From assembly GCA_036274175.1 (NCBI GenBank), contig DASUGF010000083.1, positions 79,004 through 143,003 on the forward strand: a stretch of 64,000 nucleotides of DNA. The letters run 5' to 3'. The notes below the pieces were generated by a model, which made no database searches, was not told where the DNA came from, and saw only the letters and a list, made by a program, of their open reading frames with translations. Both the position numbers and the translations under genes were made by a program. Origin of the DNA: Parafilimonas sp. (lineage in GTDB: Bacteria; Bacteroidota; Bacteroidia; Chitinophagales; Chitinophagaceae). This document shows positions 29,955 through 38,590 of this stretch, one piece after another (positions within the stretch are counted from its first letter, which is position 1; every line of letters starts with the position of its first letter).

Positions 29955-30150
29955 CTACTTGAATATGCTTATTGCTTGTTGATTATGCCTTGCAGAATAA
30001 AAGCAATTTCAAAACGCTCAATATTCAATGTTCAATATTCAATGCCCAGGGAGAAATTCCAAAACTTGAATATTGAGTGTTGAGTGTTGATTATTGATTG
30101 TTTGAATTTATGTTTTACTGAGTAAGGGCAGCCACTCAATATTCATTGCT
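29955..30150 (+). repeat. dispersed ~10-bp-period repeat element; + strand-specific wobble hairpin between GH43 and prmA
   Basis: 5' arm gctcaatattcaatgttcaatattcaatg. 3' arm cttgaatattgagtgttgagtgttga. Every deviation from perfect complementarity is A-to-G or C-to-T in the 3' arm, which gives G·U pairs on the + RNA and A·C mismatches on the - RNA. Further caatattca units follow at 30130-30150. Confidence 0.6.
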
Positions 30151-31003
30151 CAGTAATAAAAACATTGTACTTTTCAATATGGCATATATCGAAATCAGGT
30201 TTATTGAACCATCTGAAGAAGCAGGCGATATTTTGATAGCCATGCTTTCCGACCTGCGATATGAAGGTTTTGAAGAAGAACAGAATATATTAAAAGCATT
30301 TATCCCAAAATCATTATTCAATGAAGAGCAACTGAAAGAATTAGCGCAACAGTTTCAGTTAAAATATGCTGTTGCCGAATTACCTGATACGAACTGGAAT
30401 AAAGTATGGGAATCGAATTTTCAACCGGTGATTGTAGAAAATTTTTGTGCGGTAAGAGCAGGATTTCATGAATCAATAAAAGATGTAAAGTATGAAATTA
30501 TTATCACGCCTAAAATGAGTTTTGGAACCGGTCATCATGCCACCACTTACATGATGTTACAACAAATGCAGGAAATAAATTTTCACGATAAACATGTTAT
30601 AGATTTTGGAACGGGAACCGGCGTACTGGCAATTCTTGCAGACAAGTTAGGCGCAGCTACTGTTATTGCGATAGACAATGATAACCGGAGCATTGAAAAT
30701 GCAGCAGAAAACTTTAAAAACAACAATGCTCAAAACATTGATCTGGAACTTGCCGATCAACCTATAACCAATGGTGTTTGTGATATTATATTGGCCAATA
30801 TTACACGCAACGTTATCCAGGAAAATTTCCCGCTGTTCAATAAATATTTAGCTGATAAAGGAAATCTTTTATTAAGCGGTCTTTTAAGCGATGATGAGGA
30901 AGCCATAATACCCTTTGCTTCAACATACAATTTTGTTCTCAATAAACAATTGCAAAGAGACAACTGGATAAGTTTGAAATTGATAAAGGATACGCCAAGA
31001 TAA
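30146..31003 (+). CDS. prmA: ribosomal protein L11 methyltransferase
   Basis: GTGHHATTYMMLQ and DFGTGTGVLAI (SAM-binding) motifs; 285 aa. Confidence 0.8.
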   Translation: MLSNKNIVLFNMAYIEIRFIEPSEEAGDILIAMLSDLRYEGFEEEQNILKAFIPKSLFNEEQLKELAQQFQLKYAVAELPDTNWNKVWESNFQPVIVENFCAVRAGFHESIKDVKYEIIITPKMSFGTGHHATTYMMLQQMQEINFHDKHVIDFGTGTGVLAILADKLGAATVIAIDNDNRSIENAAENFKNNNAQNIDLELADQPITNGVCDIILANITRNVIQENFPLFNKYLADKGNLLLSGLLSDDEEAIIPFASTYNFVLNKQLQRDNWISLKLIKDTPR

Positions 31004-31121
31004 TTTTTTCCTATTGATGACTGAAGTCTACAAAATCTCATATTACGGTCAGACGCTTACAAGCGTCTTACCCATAGCATAGTTGGGCACTAGATTGATA
31101 CCTTAAAAATGTTTACATGTA

Positions 31122-31487
31122 ATGAAAGCGGACGACCGGTTTTATGAACAGCAGGAAGAACCTTTGAAAAGCTGTTTACTCGCGCTTAAAAAAATCATAT
31201 TGGAGCAGGATAAAAATGTTTCCGCTGAATGGAAATACAGAATGCCATTCTTTTGTTACAAGGGGAAAATGTTTTGCTATACCTGGATTCACAAAAAATT
31301 AAAACAGCCTTATATCGGAATTGTAGAAGGGAAGTATTTTAATGAGCCATTTTTAATACAGGAGAAACGTTCGCGAATGAAAATTATGTTGTTCGATCCT
31401 GAAAAAGACCTGCCTGTGAAGACCGTAAAAAGCATCATACAAAAATCATTGAACTTGTATAAGTCGGGTGTGGTAAAATTGAAATGA
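31122..31487 (+). CDS. DUF1801-like small protein (tentative)
   Basis: 121 aa (LKSCLLALKKIILEQDKNVSAEWKYRMPFFCYKGKMFCYTW). YdeI/DUF1801-like. Confidence 0.35.
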   Translation: MKADDRFYEQQEEPLKSCLLALKKIILEQDKNVSAEWKYRMPFFCYKGKMFCYTWIHKKLKQPYIGIVEGKYFNEPFLIQEKRSRMKIMLFDPEKDLPVKTVKSIIQKSLNLYKSGVVKLK

Positions 31488-31631
31488 AGATCAAATCATA
31501 TAAGCTCTTGTCGTAACACCCTTTGAATAGTCGCGTTACCACTACTCAAAAAAAACCTTTCCCGATAATTTTGATTATTAATAACAGGTTATGCGCAAGT
31601 TAGTTTTAACACCGTTCACAGCTTTATAGAA

Positions 31632-31994
31632 TTGACGCATAAGTTTAAAATAGTTAATTTAGTATCCTCAAAAACAAATTCTATGGAAGCAGTCAGCATC
31701 CCTTCAATTGAAACTGCTTTACCCGGAAAATGGGAAACAGATAACGGCAGTTTATTTCTAATTTTTGAACCGGCCGCAAGCGGCAAAGGCAACGTAGAAG
31801 CTATTTCAAATGTCACCAAAGCGCAATACAAATATGAAGTATGCATGAAAGGCGACAACCCTTGTCTTGACATAATAGATGAGACAAAGCACGAAATGCA
31901 CGAATATGAAATAGCAGAAATTGATGAAGCGAAAAATGTATTGAGATTAAAGCGTGAATCAAAACCTGAATTGATACTGCATAAGAAAAAATGA
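31632..31994 (+). CDS. hypothetical protein
   Basis: ORF of 120 aa. No recognisable motif. The start may be ATG near 31684. Confidence 0.3.
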   Translation: MTHKFKIVNLVSSKTNSMEAVSIPSIETALPGKWETDNGSLFLIFEPAASGKGNVEAISNVTKAQYKYEVCMKGDNPCLDIIDETKHEMHEYEIAEIDEAKNVLRLKRESKPELILHKKK

Positions 31995-32448
31995 TCTGTT
32001 AGATAATATAATCAGGATATCAACATATCGCAGTTATTTCTGCTTTGCATACAGGGATTTTTAATAAATAACTATTTAATAATCATCATCAAACTAAGGT
32101 TTAAAATTACCTCAGCCGTTCAAACCATAATTATAACGCTTAAACCAATATCTTTTCGTTCATCACACATACTTTACCATTTATTAAATAAAAAACACCG
32201 TTTGTATCGGATTGATACAAGCATTTGTTAACGCCATATAACTTTACGCCTTCAAATCAAACAGGAGTACATCTCCGGCGTAATATGAAACATAAATTTC
32301 TGGCAGCGTTATTTACCCTTTGCAGATTAAGGGAAAATCCACCGGGAATCTCCAGCCTGTAATATTAACACTACACAGTAAAGATTTTAACCGACAAGTT
32401 TTTAAAAAGCATTTTCCTTAACAGGAATCATTCAAAACAAATAGGTAA

Positions 32449-32616
32449 ATGAAACCAATATTATTGGTTGTTGCCTGTATCGTGTTATTGATACTGGCAT
32501 TATACAAGTATGGTGTGCATGCAAACGGGCAGGCCACCTCCACACAGCGAAAAGCGATACGAAATGCAGATGCGTTTTCATTGGATGAATTACGGCTAAA
32601 CTATCTGACATATTAA
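32449..32616 (+). CDS. possible small membrane protein (55 aa)
   Basis: Own translation: MKPILLVVACIVLLILALYKYGVHANGQATSTQRKAIRNADAFSLDELRLNYLTY. One TM helix. It sits in the 640-bp non-coding stretch 31995-32634 and is below the ORF-track length cutoff. Confidence 0.25.
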   Translation: MKPILLVVACIVLLILALYKYGVHANGQATSTQRKAIRNADAFSLDELRLNYLTY

Positions 32617-32634
32617 AACTTAAATCAACAATAC

Positions 32635-33282
32635 ATGGCAAACATTGGCAGAAAAATTCTTTCGGCTTTTGTGGAAGTAACAGATGACGAAACGCCTGTT
32701 ACAAAGCCGGAAGCAATAAAACAAACATCCACAGTAAATGCGTTAAACGGTCAGACGCTTCCAAAGCGTCAGCCCGATAACAATGAAACAACGCAAAAGT
32801 TCAAACAGTATTTCGACCGGCTTTTTAAAGATGCAAATCTTCCGGGTCCTGATTACTTCGAGTTCTCTAAGATGACCGAAGCCATGGTAAGCATACCGGA
32901 TGAAAAAGCAAGATACAGTGCAGCCTTTGCCGGTTTGAGTGTACAGGGTTTGGATAAACAAAAACTGTTGTATTCGGCAACACAATATGTGGAGGTTTTG
33001 GAAACGGATGCAAATAACTTTCACACAACGGTTGATGCGGCATTAAAAGAAAAAGTGCAAAGCAAACAACAGGAGATTGAAAGTAATTCCAAACGCATGG
33101 AGGCACTCGCAAAAGAAATAACTGATCTGCAAAACAAGATAAATGCGTTACAACTTGAAGTAAAAGAAAATGAAGAGAAGATCGAAAGCAACAGCGGCGC
33201 TTATGCGCGGGAAATGCAGAACATGAAAAATAAAATTTTGCAGGATATAAAAAAGATAGAGCAGTATGTGGGTGAGTGGTGA
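32635..33282 (+). CDS. hypothetical coiled-coil protein
   Basis: 215 aa. The C-terminal half is heptad-rich (KEKVQSKQQEIESNSKRMEALAKEITDLQNKINALQLEVKENEEKIE). Confidence 0.4.
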   Translation: MANIGRKILSAFVEVTDDETPVTKPEAIKQTSTVNALNGQTLPKRQPDNNETTQKFKQYFDRLFKDANLPGPDYFEFSKMTEAMVSIPDEKARYSAAFAGLSVQGLDKQKLLYSATQYVEVLETDANNFHTTVDAALKEKVQSKQQEIESNSKRMEALAKEITDLQNKINALQLEVKENEEKIESNSGAYAREMQNMKNKILQDIKKIEQYVGEW

Positions 33283-33400
33283 GTGGTGAGTGGTGAGTGG
33301 TGGGTGGTGATAGATAATGAATAATGAATAATGAGTAATGAGTAATGAATAATGAGTAATGAATAATGAGTAATGAATAATGAGTACAAGTAAATAATCA
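33265..33400 (+). repeat. C-free purine/T repeat tract (gtgagtggtg)n(aatgaRtaatga)n
   Basis: gtgagtggtgagtggtgagtggtgagtggtgggtggtgatagataatgaataatgaataatgagtaatgagtaatgaataatgagtaatgaataatgagtaatgaataatgagtac. It contains no C for about 125 nt on the + strand. It uses the same unit types as the lpxB insertion at 5533-5665. Confidence 0.6.
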
Positions 33401-33426
33401 TTAACAACTAAAAACAACAAAAAAAA

Positions 33427-34419
33427 ATGATAACAACAATTCAACAAACAAAAAAATCTGGCTGGTTTTCGGAGCCGAAGAATGTTGCTACAACTATTGT
33501 GGCGCTTTCGCTTTTTGCAGGGCTGGCTTATGCCTTTACGGTATATGTATTGCCCTGGCTGATAACGGTAACATGGAATCTCATCAACTTAATTATTGGT
33601 GGCGCAGTATTGGGTTTTTTACTGATGATCATCACCAACAAAAAATTCTGGAGAGCTATCCGTTACTTCTCTGAATTCATCGCCAATTATACCATTGGTA
33701 TCGCGATTGAATTAAATCCCTTCAATATTCTGCAAATGAAAATTGAACAAGGCTATAAAGACAGAACAACCTTGTTTCACCAATCAGCCAGGCTGAAAGG
33801 CAAACAAAGTGAATTGACAGATAAGCTCAGCGGTAAAGAAAAAGAGTTGCAGTTAAATGCACAGAAAATAAAAATACTGCAACAGGAGAATGGTAATGCA
33901 AGACAAATTGATCTCTATGCAAATAATGTGTTGCGCTGTCGCGAATACATTGATAATGTTACACCCATTGTTGGCGACCTCAATAAGCTGATCAAATTCT
34001 CGGAGACTGCATATGAAGAAAGCGGTATCATGCTGGAAGATGCAAAGCTTGACCTGGAAGCAAAGAAAGATCTGTACTATTCTGTTACTACGGGTTTGTC
34101 TGCGGTAACCAGTGCGATGAAAGCATTTAAAGGCGATGATGAACTGAACCAGGATGCTGAAAAAGCTCTGGCTGTATTGAAACAGCAGATCGGTGAAAAG
34201 ATCGGCCACATAAAATCTGCGATAGATGTAACGCAGCAATTCATGGATGACAAAGTACTGGAAGATAAAGCAAAATCCGCACAGGCTATTGAACTCATCA
34301 ACCGTTTTAACCTTGATACTGACTTTAACTACAGCAAAGATGCATTGAATAAAAATGCAGATAATGGTAAGTTAAAAGGAGTAACCATCACAGACAAATA
34401 CAGGGGTCTGCTTGATTAA
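33427..34419 (+). CDS. hypothetical membrane-anchored coiled-coil protein
   Basis: 330 aa. Two N-terminal TM helices (TTIVALSLFAGLAYAFTVYVLPWLI and LINLIIGGAVLGFLLMIIT), then a long coiled coil. Confidence 0.4.
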   Translation: MITTIQQTKKSGWFSEPKNVATTIVALSLFAGLAYAFTVYVLPWLITVTWNLINLIIGGAVLGFLLMIITNKKFWRAIRYFSEFIANYTIGIAIELNPFNILQMKIEQGYKDRTTLFHQSARLKGKQSELTDKLSGKEKELQLNAQKIKILQQENGNARQIDLYANNVLRCREYIDNVTPIVGDLNKLIKFSETAYEESGIMLEDAKLDLEAKKDLYYSVTTGLSAVTSAMKAFKGDDELNQDAEKALAVLKQQIGEKIGHIKSAIDVTQQFMDDKVLEDKAKSAQAIELINRFNLDTDFNYSKDALNKNADNGKLKGVTITDKYRGLLD

Positions 34420-34613
34420 TCTGTATCTCTCACGTTTGACGTTTCAAGTCTCACGGTCAGCCGAATAGAATTACTGAACAAATAAGTGAGTAATACAACA
34501 GGTGCTGAATAAGGGCAAAGCACCTGCTGGTAAACTATTGCCCTTATTAAAACAAAATTTTTATCAACCGCTTCGATCCCCCTTTAGGGGATAGGGGCAT
34601 AAAACATACAACT

Positions 34614-36380
34614 ATGGCATTCAAATTAAAACCTGCAGGCAAATTATTGATCATTGCCGCAGTAGTAACAACCGGAATTTTAAGTATAAGATGGTATCAA
34701 AGCCGTCCGAAAGAAGCAATACAATCTGTTGACCTGGGGCAGGTGACCTTACCCGATGCAGCCAACGCATCATTAAGCGGGAACGCAGTGCTGTTGCCGC
34801 TTCCATCAAATGCCGCAGCAGTGAATGGCGGCACAAAAATCACCTGGGAACGCATGGCGTGGAACAGCCAGTTCTCCGGCATGTATGCCAACGGCGGTGT
34901 ACAAACAACAAAAGGTTCCTTGTTTGATAAAGCGCATCTTGACATTACTTATGTAAGACAGGATGACTGCAACAAACAAATGGCAGACCTTGTAAAGTTT
35001 GCGAATGATTATAAAAATAATCCCAATGCCAATGCCGTGCTGATAACATTCATGGGTGACGGCATGCCCGCTTTCATGACTTCTTTGTCGAAAGAACTGG
35101 AAGTGCTCGGGCCGGAATATCAGCCCATCATTATTCCTGTATCTCATGGTAAATCATTTGGTGAAGACCAGGTGATGGCGCCGCCAAGCTGGAAACAGGA
35201 CCCGCATAATGCTATTGGTAAATGTGTGGCGGGTGTGTTGCGCGATGGTGATATAAACATTTTGCTGAAATGGGCAGGTGATAATGGTTTAAGGGTGAAT
35301 CCTGATGAAACGACTTACGATGGAAACGCTATCAACATCATTGCCGCTAATGATTTCCTGGATGCACCCAATAAATACATCACGGGTTATACAGAGAAAA
35401 GAAGAATGGTGGTAAATGGCAAAACAACCGGCGTTGATACAACGGTTGGTGTAGATGGAGTTGCTACATGGACGCCCGGCGATGTAAATGTTGCTTCCAA
35501 AAAAGGCGGGCTTGTTACGATAGCCAACACCAAACAATATGCATCGCAAATGCCTAATCAAACCATTGCTATTAAGAAGTGGGCATATGATCACAGGACT
35601 GATATTGAGAACATGATCATTGCATTGGCGCAGGCTGGCGACCAGGTAAGATCTTTCAACGAAGCCAAAGCATTTGCTGCTACAGTAAGTGCTGCAGTGT
35701 ACCAGGAAAAAGATGCTGATTACTGGTTGAAATATTACAACGGCGTGGAAGAAAAAGATGTACAGGGCCTGAAAGTAAATCTTGGAGGTTCTATGGTTTT
35801 CAATCTTGCTGATATGGCAAATACGTATGGTTTAGGCGATGATAAAGTGGACCGTTACAAAGCTGTGTACAACACATTTGGTAACCTGATGGTAAAAATG
35901 TATCCATCGCTGATGCCAACATTTATGCCTTATGAAAAGGCTGTTGATAAAAGCTTTTTGTACAGTGTTATATCTAATCATCCCGAGTTGATGCAGGGCA
36001 AAGCCATCGAGACAAACTATGCTGAGAATATTACTTCTGCAATTTCTTCAAAAAGTTACAGCATCGAGTTTGAAACAGGTTCAGCCAACATTAAGCCATC
36101 ATCTTATAAACCGCTTGATGAAATTTTTGAATCAGCAGTGGTTGCCGAAGGGTTGAAGATTGGTGTGTATGGCCACACAGACAATAAAGGTTCTGATGCA
36201 GTGAACATACCGCTTTCAGAACATCGCGCCGAAGCTGTTCAGGCTTATCTGCAAAAGAAAGGTCTAAAACAAAACCGCATTGAAGCAAAAGGTTATGGTT
36301 CTGCCAAACCTATTGCAGACAACAGCACGGATGAAGGCAGAAGCAAAAACAGGAGAGTGGAAATTGTATTGGGTGAGTAA
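34614..36380 (+). CDS. membrane-anchored periplasmic substrate-binding-like domain fused to C-terminal OmpA-like peptidoglycan-binding domain
   Basis: 588 aa. N-terminal TM helix (LLIIAAVVTTGILSI). C-terminal OmpA-like domain (FETGSANIKPSSYKPLDEIFESAVVAEGLKIGVYGHTDNKGSDAVNIPLSEHRAEAVQAYLQKKG...NRRVEIVL). It is followed by an ABC permease and an ATPase gene. Confidence 0.65.
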   Translation: MAFKLKPAGKLLIIAAVVTTGILSIRWYQSRPKEAIQSVDLGQVTLPDAANASLSGNAVLLPLPSNAAAVNGGTKITWERMAWNSQFSGMYANGGVQTTKGSLFDKAHLDITYVRQDDCNKQMADLVKFANDYKNNPNANAVLITFMGDGMPAFMTSLSKELEVLGPEYQPIIIPVSHGKSFGEDQVMAPPSWKQDPHNAIGKCVAGVLRDGDINILLKWAGDNGLRVNPDETTYDGNAINIIAANDFLDAPNKYITGYTEKRRMVVNGKTTGVDTTVGVDGVATWTPGDVNVASKKGGLVTIANTKQYASQMPNQTIAIKKWAYDHRTDIENMIIALAQAGDQVRSFNEAKAFAATVSAAVYQEKDADYWLKYYNGVEEKDVQGLKVNLGGSMVFNLADMANTYGLGDDKVDRYKAVYNTFGNLMVKMYPSLMPTFMPYEKAVDKSFLYSVISNHPELMQGKAIETNYAENITSAISSKSYSIEFETGSANIKPSSYKPLDEIFESAVVAEGLKIGVYGHTDNKGSDAVNIPLSEHRAEAVQAYLQKKGLKQNRIEAKGYGSAKPIADNSTDEGRSKNRRVEIVLGE

Positions 36381-36639
36381 TCCCCCAGCCCCTAAAGGGG
36401 AGTGAGAAAGGTCACCGCAAAGTCATCTTTCTTTTGAATAAAATTTTTATGAAACCAGCGACAGGGCAGGCATTGAATACGGTTGTAGCTTGTCCCGCAC
36501 TTGATGCGGGATCACTCCCTTGTACTGCATAGCGCTATTCAACAATTTAAACCACTAAGGCGCAATGACACAAAGAAGCACTAAGGCTTTGTAGCACTTA
36601 CCGCCTTCGTGTTAGTGATTCAAAAAAAATAAAACTAAA

Positions 36640-37515
36640 ATGGAAATATTTATCAATAATCCGAACGAAAAGGAAGTACTCTCAAAATCCCCGGGAGTTA
36701 CTAACTCCCCTTTAGGGGTTGGGGGCTCGGGCTGGCGTAGCATCCTCCAACCCTTCGGTCATATCAGCAAACAAACGCTCATCATTATGATCGTACTGCA
36801 GGTGATCATCACCATCACTGCATGGCAAATAACTTCTGATGGTTTGATACCTAAGCCCGGTAACATAGCAACTGCCTTCGGGCAGTTGCTTACTTCCAAA
36901 TTGTTACTGGATAACATGCTGGTAAGTCTATCACTTACTTTAAAAGCCATGTTGTATTCTATCATCATCACATTGTTATTCGCTTATTTATCGGTGATAC
37001 CTTTTTTCAAAACCATTGCGCAATTCATCGTGAAGTGCAGATACTTAACTCTAACCGGTTTAATATTCATCTTCACGTTATTAACCAAAGATGGAAGTGA
37101 ATTAAAATTATCGTTACTCGTATTTGGTATTGTACCATTCTTCACTACCTCATTTCTTTCTGTCATCATCAACATAGACAAACAGGAATATGAATTATGT
37201 AAAACGCTTGGCTATAACAATTGGCAAACATTGTATGAAGTGATCATTGTTGGCAAAGCAGACCAGGTATTTGAAATACTTCGTCAAAACTTCGCTATCG
37301 CCTGGATGATGATAACGATGGTGGAAGGTTTAAGTATGAGTGAAGGCGGCATCGGTACACTGCTCATAAAGTACAACAAGTACAACGACATTACGCATGT
37401 AGTGGCGTTGCAACTCATCATCTTCATCATCGGTTTGTGCTTTGACTATTTATTAGGATTGACAAGACATTGGTTATTCCCTTACAGCAAATTAAAAAAG
37501 GAGACAGCATCATGA
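36640..37515 (+). CDS. ABC transporter permease (NitT/TauT-type)
   Basis: Six TM segments and an EAA-loop-like ELCKTLGYNNWQTLYEVIIVGKADQVF. The true start is probably ATG 36787 (MIVLQVIITITAW). Confidence 0.6.
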   Translation: MEIFINNPNEKEVLSKSPGVTNSPLGVGGSGWRSILQPFGHISKQTLIIMIVLQVIITITAWQITSDGLIPKPGNIATAFGQLLTSKLLLDNMLVSLSLTLKAMLYSIIITLLFAYLSVIPFFKTIAQFIVKCRYLTLTGLIFIFTLLTKDGSELKLSLLVFGIVPFFTTSFLSVIINIDKQEYELCKTLGYNNWQTLYEVIIVGKADQVFEILRQNFAIAWMMITMVEGLSMSEGGIGTLLIKYNKYNDITHVVALQLIIFIIGLCFDYLLGLTRHWLFPYSKLKKETAS

Positions 37516-38309
37516 CAACAACATGCATAAAAACAGATACGTTATTAAAAGCAGAAAATATCCATCTCTCTTATGATGATAAGATAATTCTGCGCAACAT
37601 AAACTTTTACATTAAAGACATTGTTCGCCCGGGTATAAAACAAGGGCAGGTAGTTTCCCTTATTGGCAGAAGCGGTATTGGTAAAACACAGTTATTCAGG
37701 ATACTGGCAGGGTTACAAAAACCAACTTCCGGCGTTATCCGGTTACGCAATAAAGAAAAGGTAAAGGCCGGTGATATGGGTGTGATCTTCCAGAACTATT
37801 ATTTGTTTGAATGGAGAACAGTTTATCACTCATTATTACTGGCTGCAAAACAAAACGGGGCATTGCGCGGAAATGAAAAGGCAATCATAGAAAATTATGC
37901 AGATCAATTCAATTTAAAAGATGAACTAAAAAAATACCCGCAGCAATTATCAGGCGGGCAAAGGCAAAGAGCCAGTATCATGCAGCAGTTGCTGAAAGGT
38001 TCTGATTTTTTATTGCTCGATGAGCCATTCTCCGGTTTGGATGTTTGCGTTTTAGATAAGGTAACAGACCTGTTGTTACAGGTTTCCGTTTCCGATGAAT
38101 TTAAAACGCTCATCATCGTATCGCATGATATTCCAACATCGGTTGCTATTTCAGATACAGTGCTGATCATGGGTAACGAAGCGGGCAAGCCCGGAGCAAC
38201 TATTAAAAAAGAAATTGATCTTATTGAAAGAGGCCTCGCATGGCGCGAAGACATTAAACAGGAACAGGCATTTATAGAAACGATGGAAGAAATAAAACAA
38301 TGTTTGTGA
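37512..38309 (+). CDS. ABC transporter ATP-binding protein (NitT/TauT-type)
   Basis: Walker A GRSGIGKTQ, signature LSGGQRQRASI, Walker B FLLLDEPFSGLD. Start MTTTCIKTD at 37512 overlaps the permease stop by 4 nt. Confidence 0.85.
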   Translation: MTTTCIKTDTLLKAENIHLSYDDKIILRNINFYIKDIVRPGIKQGQVVSLIGRSGIGKTQLFRILAGLQKPTSGVIRLRNKEKVKAGDMGVIFQNYYLFEWRTVYHSLLLAAKQNGALRGNEKAIIENYADQFNLKDELKKYPQQLSGGQRQRASIMQQLLKGSDFLLLDEPFSGLDVCVLDKVTDLLLQVSVSDEFKTLIIVSHDIPTSVAISDTVLIMGNEAGKPGATIKKEIDLIERGLAWREDIKQEQAFIETMEEIKQCL

Positions 38310-38314
38310 TTGCT

Positions 38315-38400
38315 GATTTCGGGATTTGTGGATTTTGAGATTCAAACTATTTCGAGTTGTACACACAATTCCAAAATTCCAAAATGCCTTTCTATTGTTA
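38315..38400. repeat. octamer tandem repeat (atttcggg / aattccaaa)
   Basis: gatttcgggatttgtggattttgagattcaaactatttcgagttgtacacacaattccaaaattccaaaatgcc. It is the reverse complement of the 21355-21425 repeat. Confidence 0.55.
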
Positions 38401-38590
38401 CCGGGAAATGGAATTACAGTCTGTTATAATTGTTAAAACTTATTCACAATTAAACTTATTATGCTTTCGTATTGCATAGATGCAGATTTTTGCGATCCGC
38501 TTACAAACAACCAAGACGGGAGAGTAAGCCATACCAAACCCTGCACACAACTGCAGATAAATTCATTTTTTAAAATCTTAACCGAATCGT

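Noticed and set aside
21524-31487. Three DUF1801-like paralogs (21524, 26996, 31122) treated as a system
   Set aside because: They are dispersed and not operonic with each other. This is a common small family in Bacteroidota. The resemblance of two of them is weak.
36700-36790. Possible TPP riboswitch upstream of the NMT1/THI5-like transporter (aacccttcggtcatatc)
   Set aside because: It does not contain the conserved TPP elements (ctgagag, the cctgatctggttaataccagcgtaggga core).
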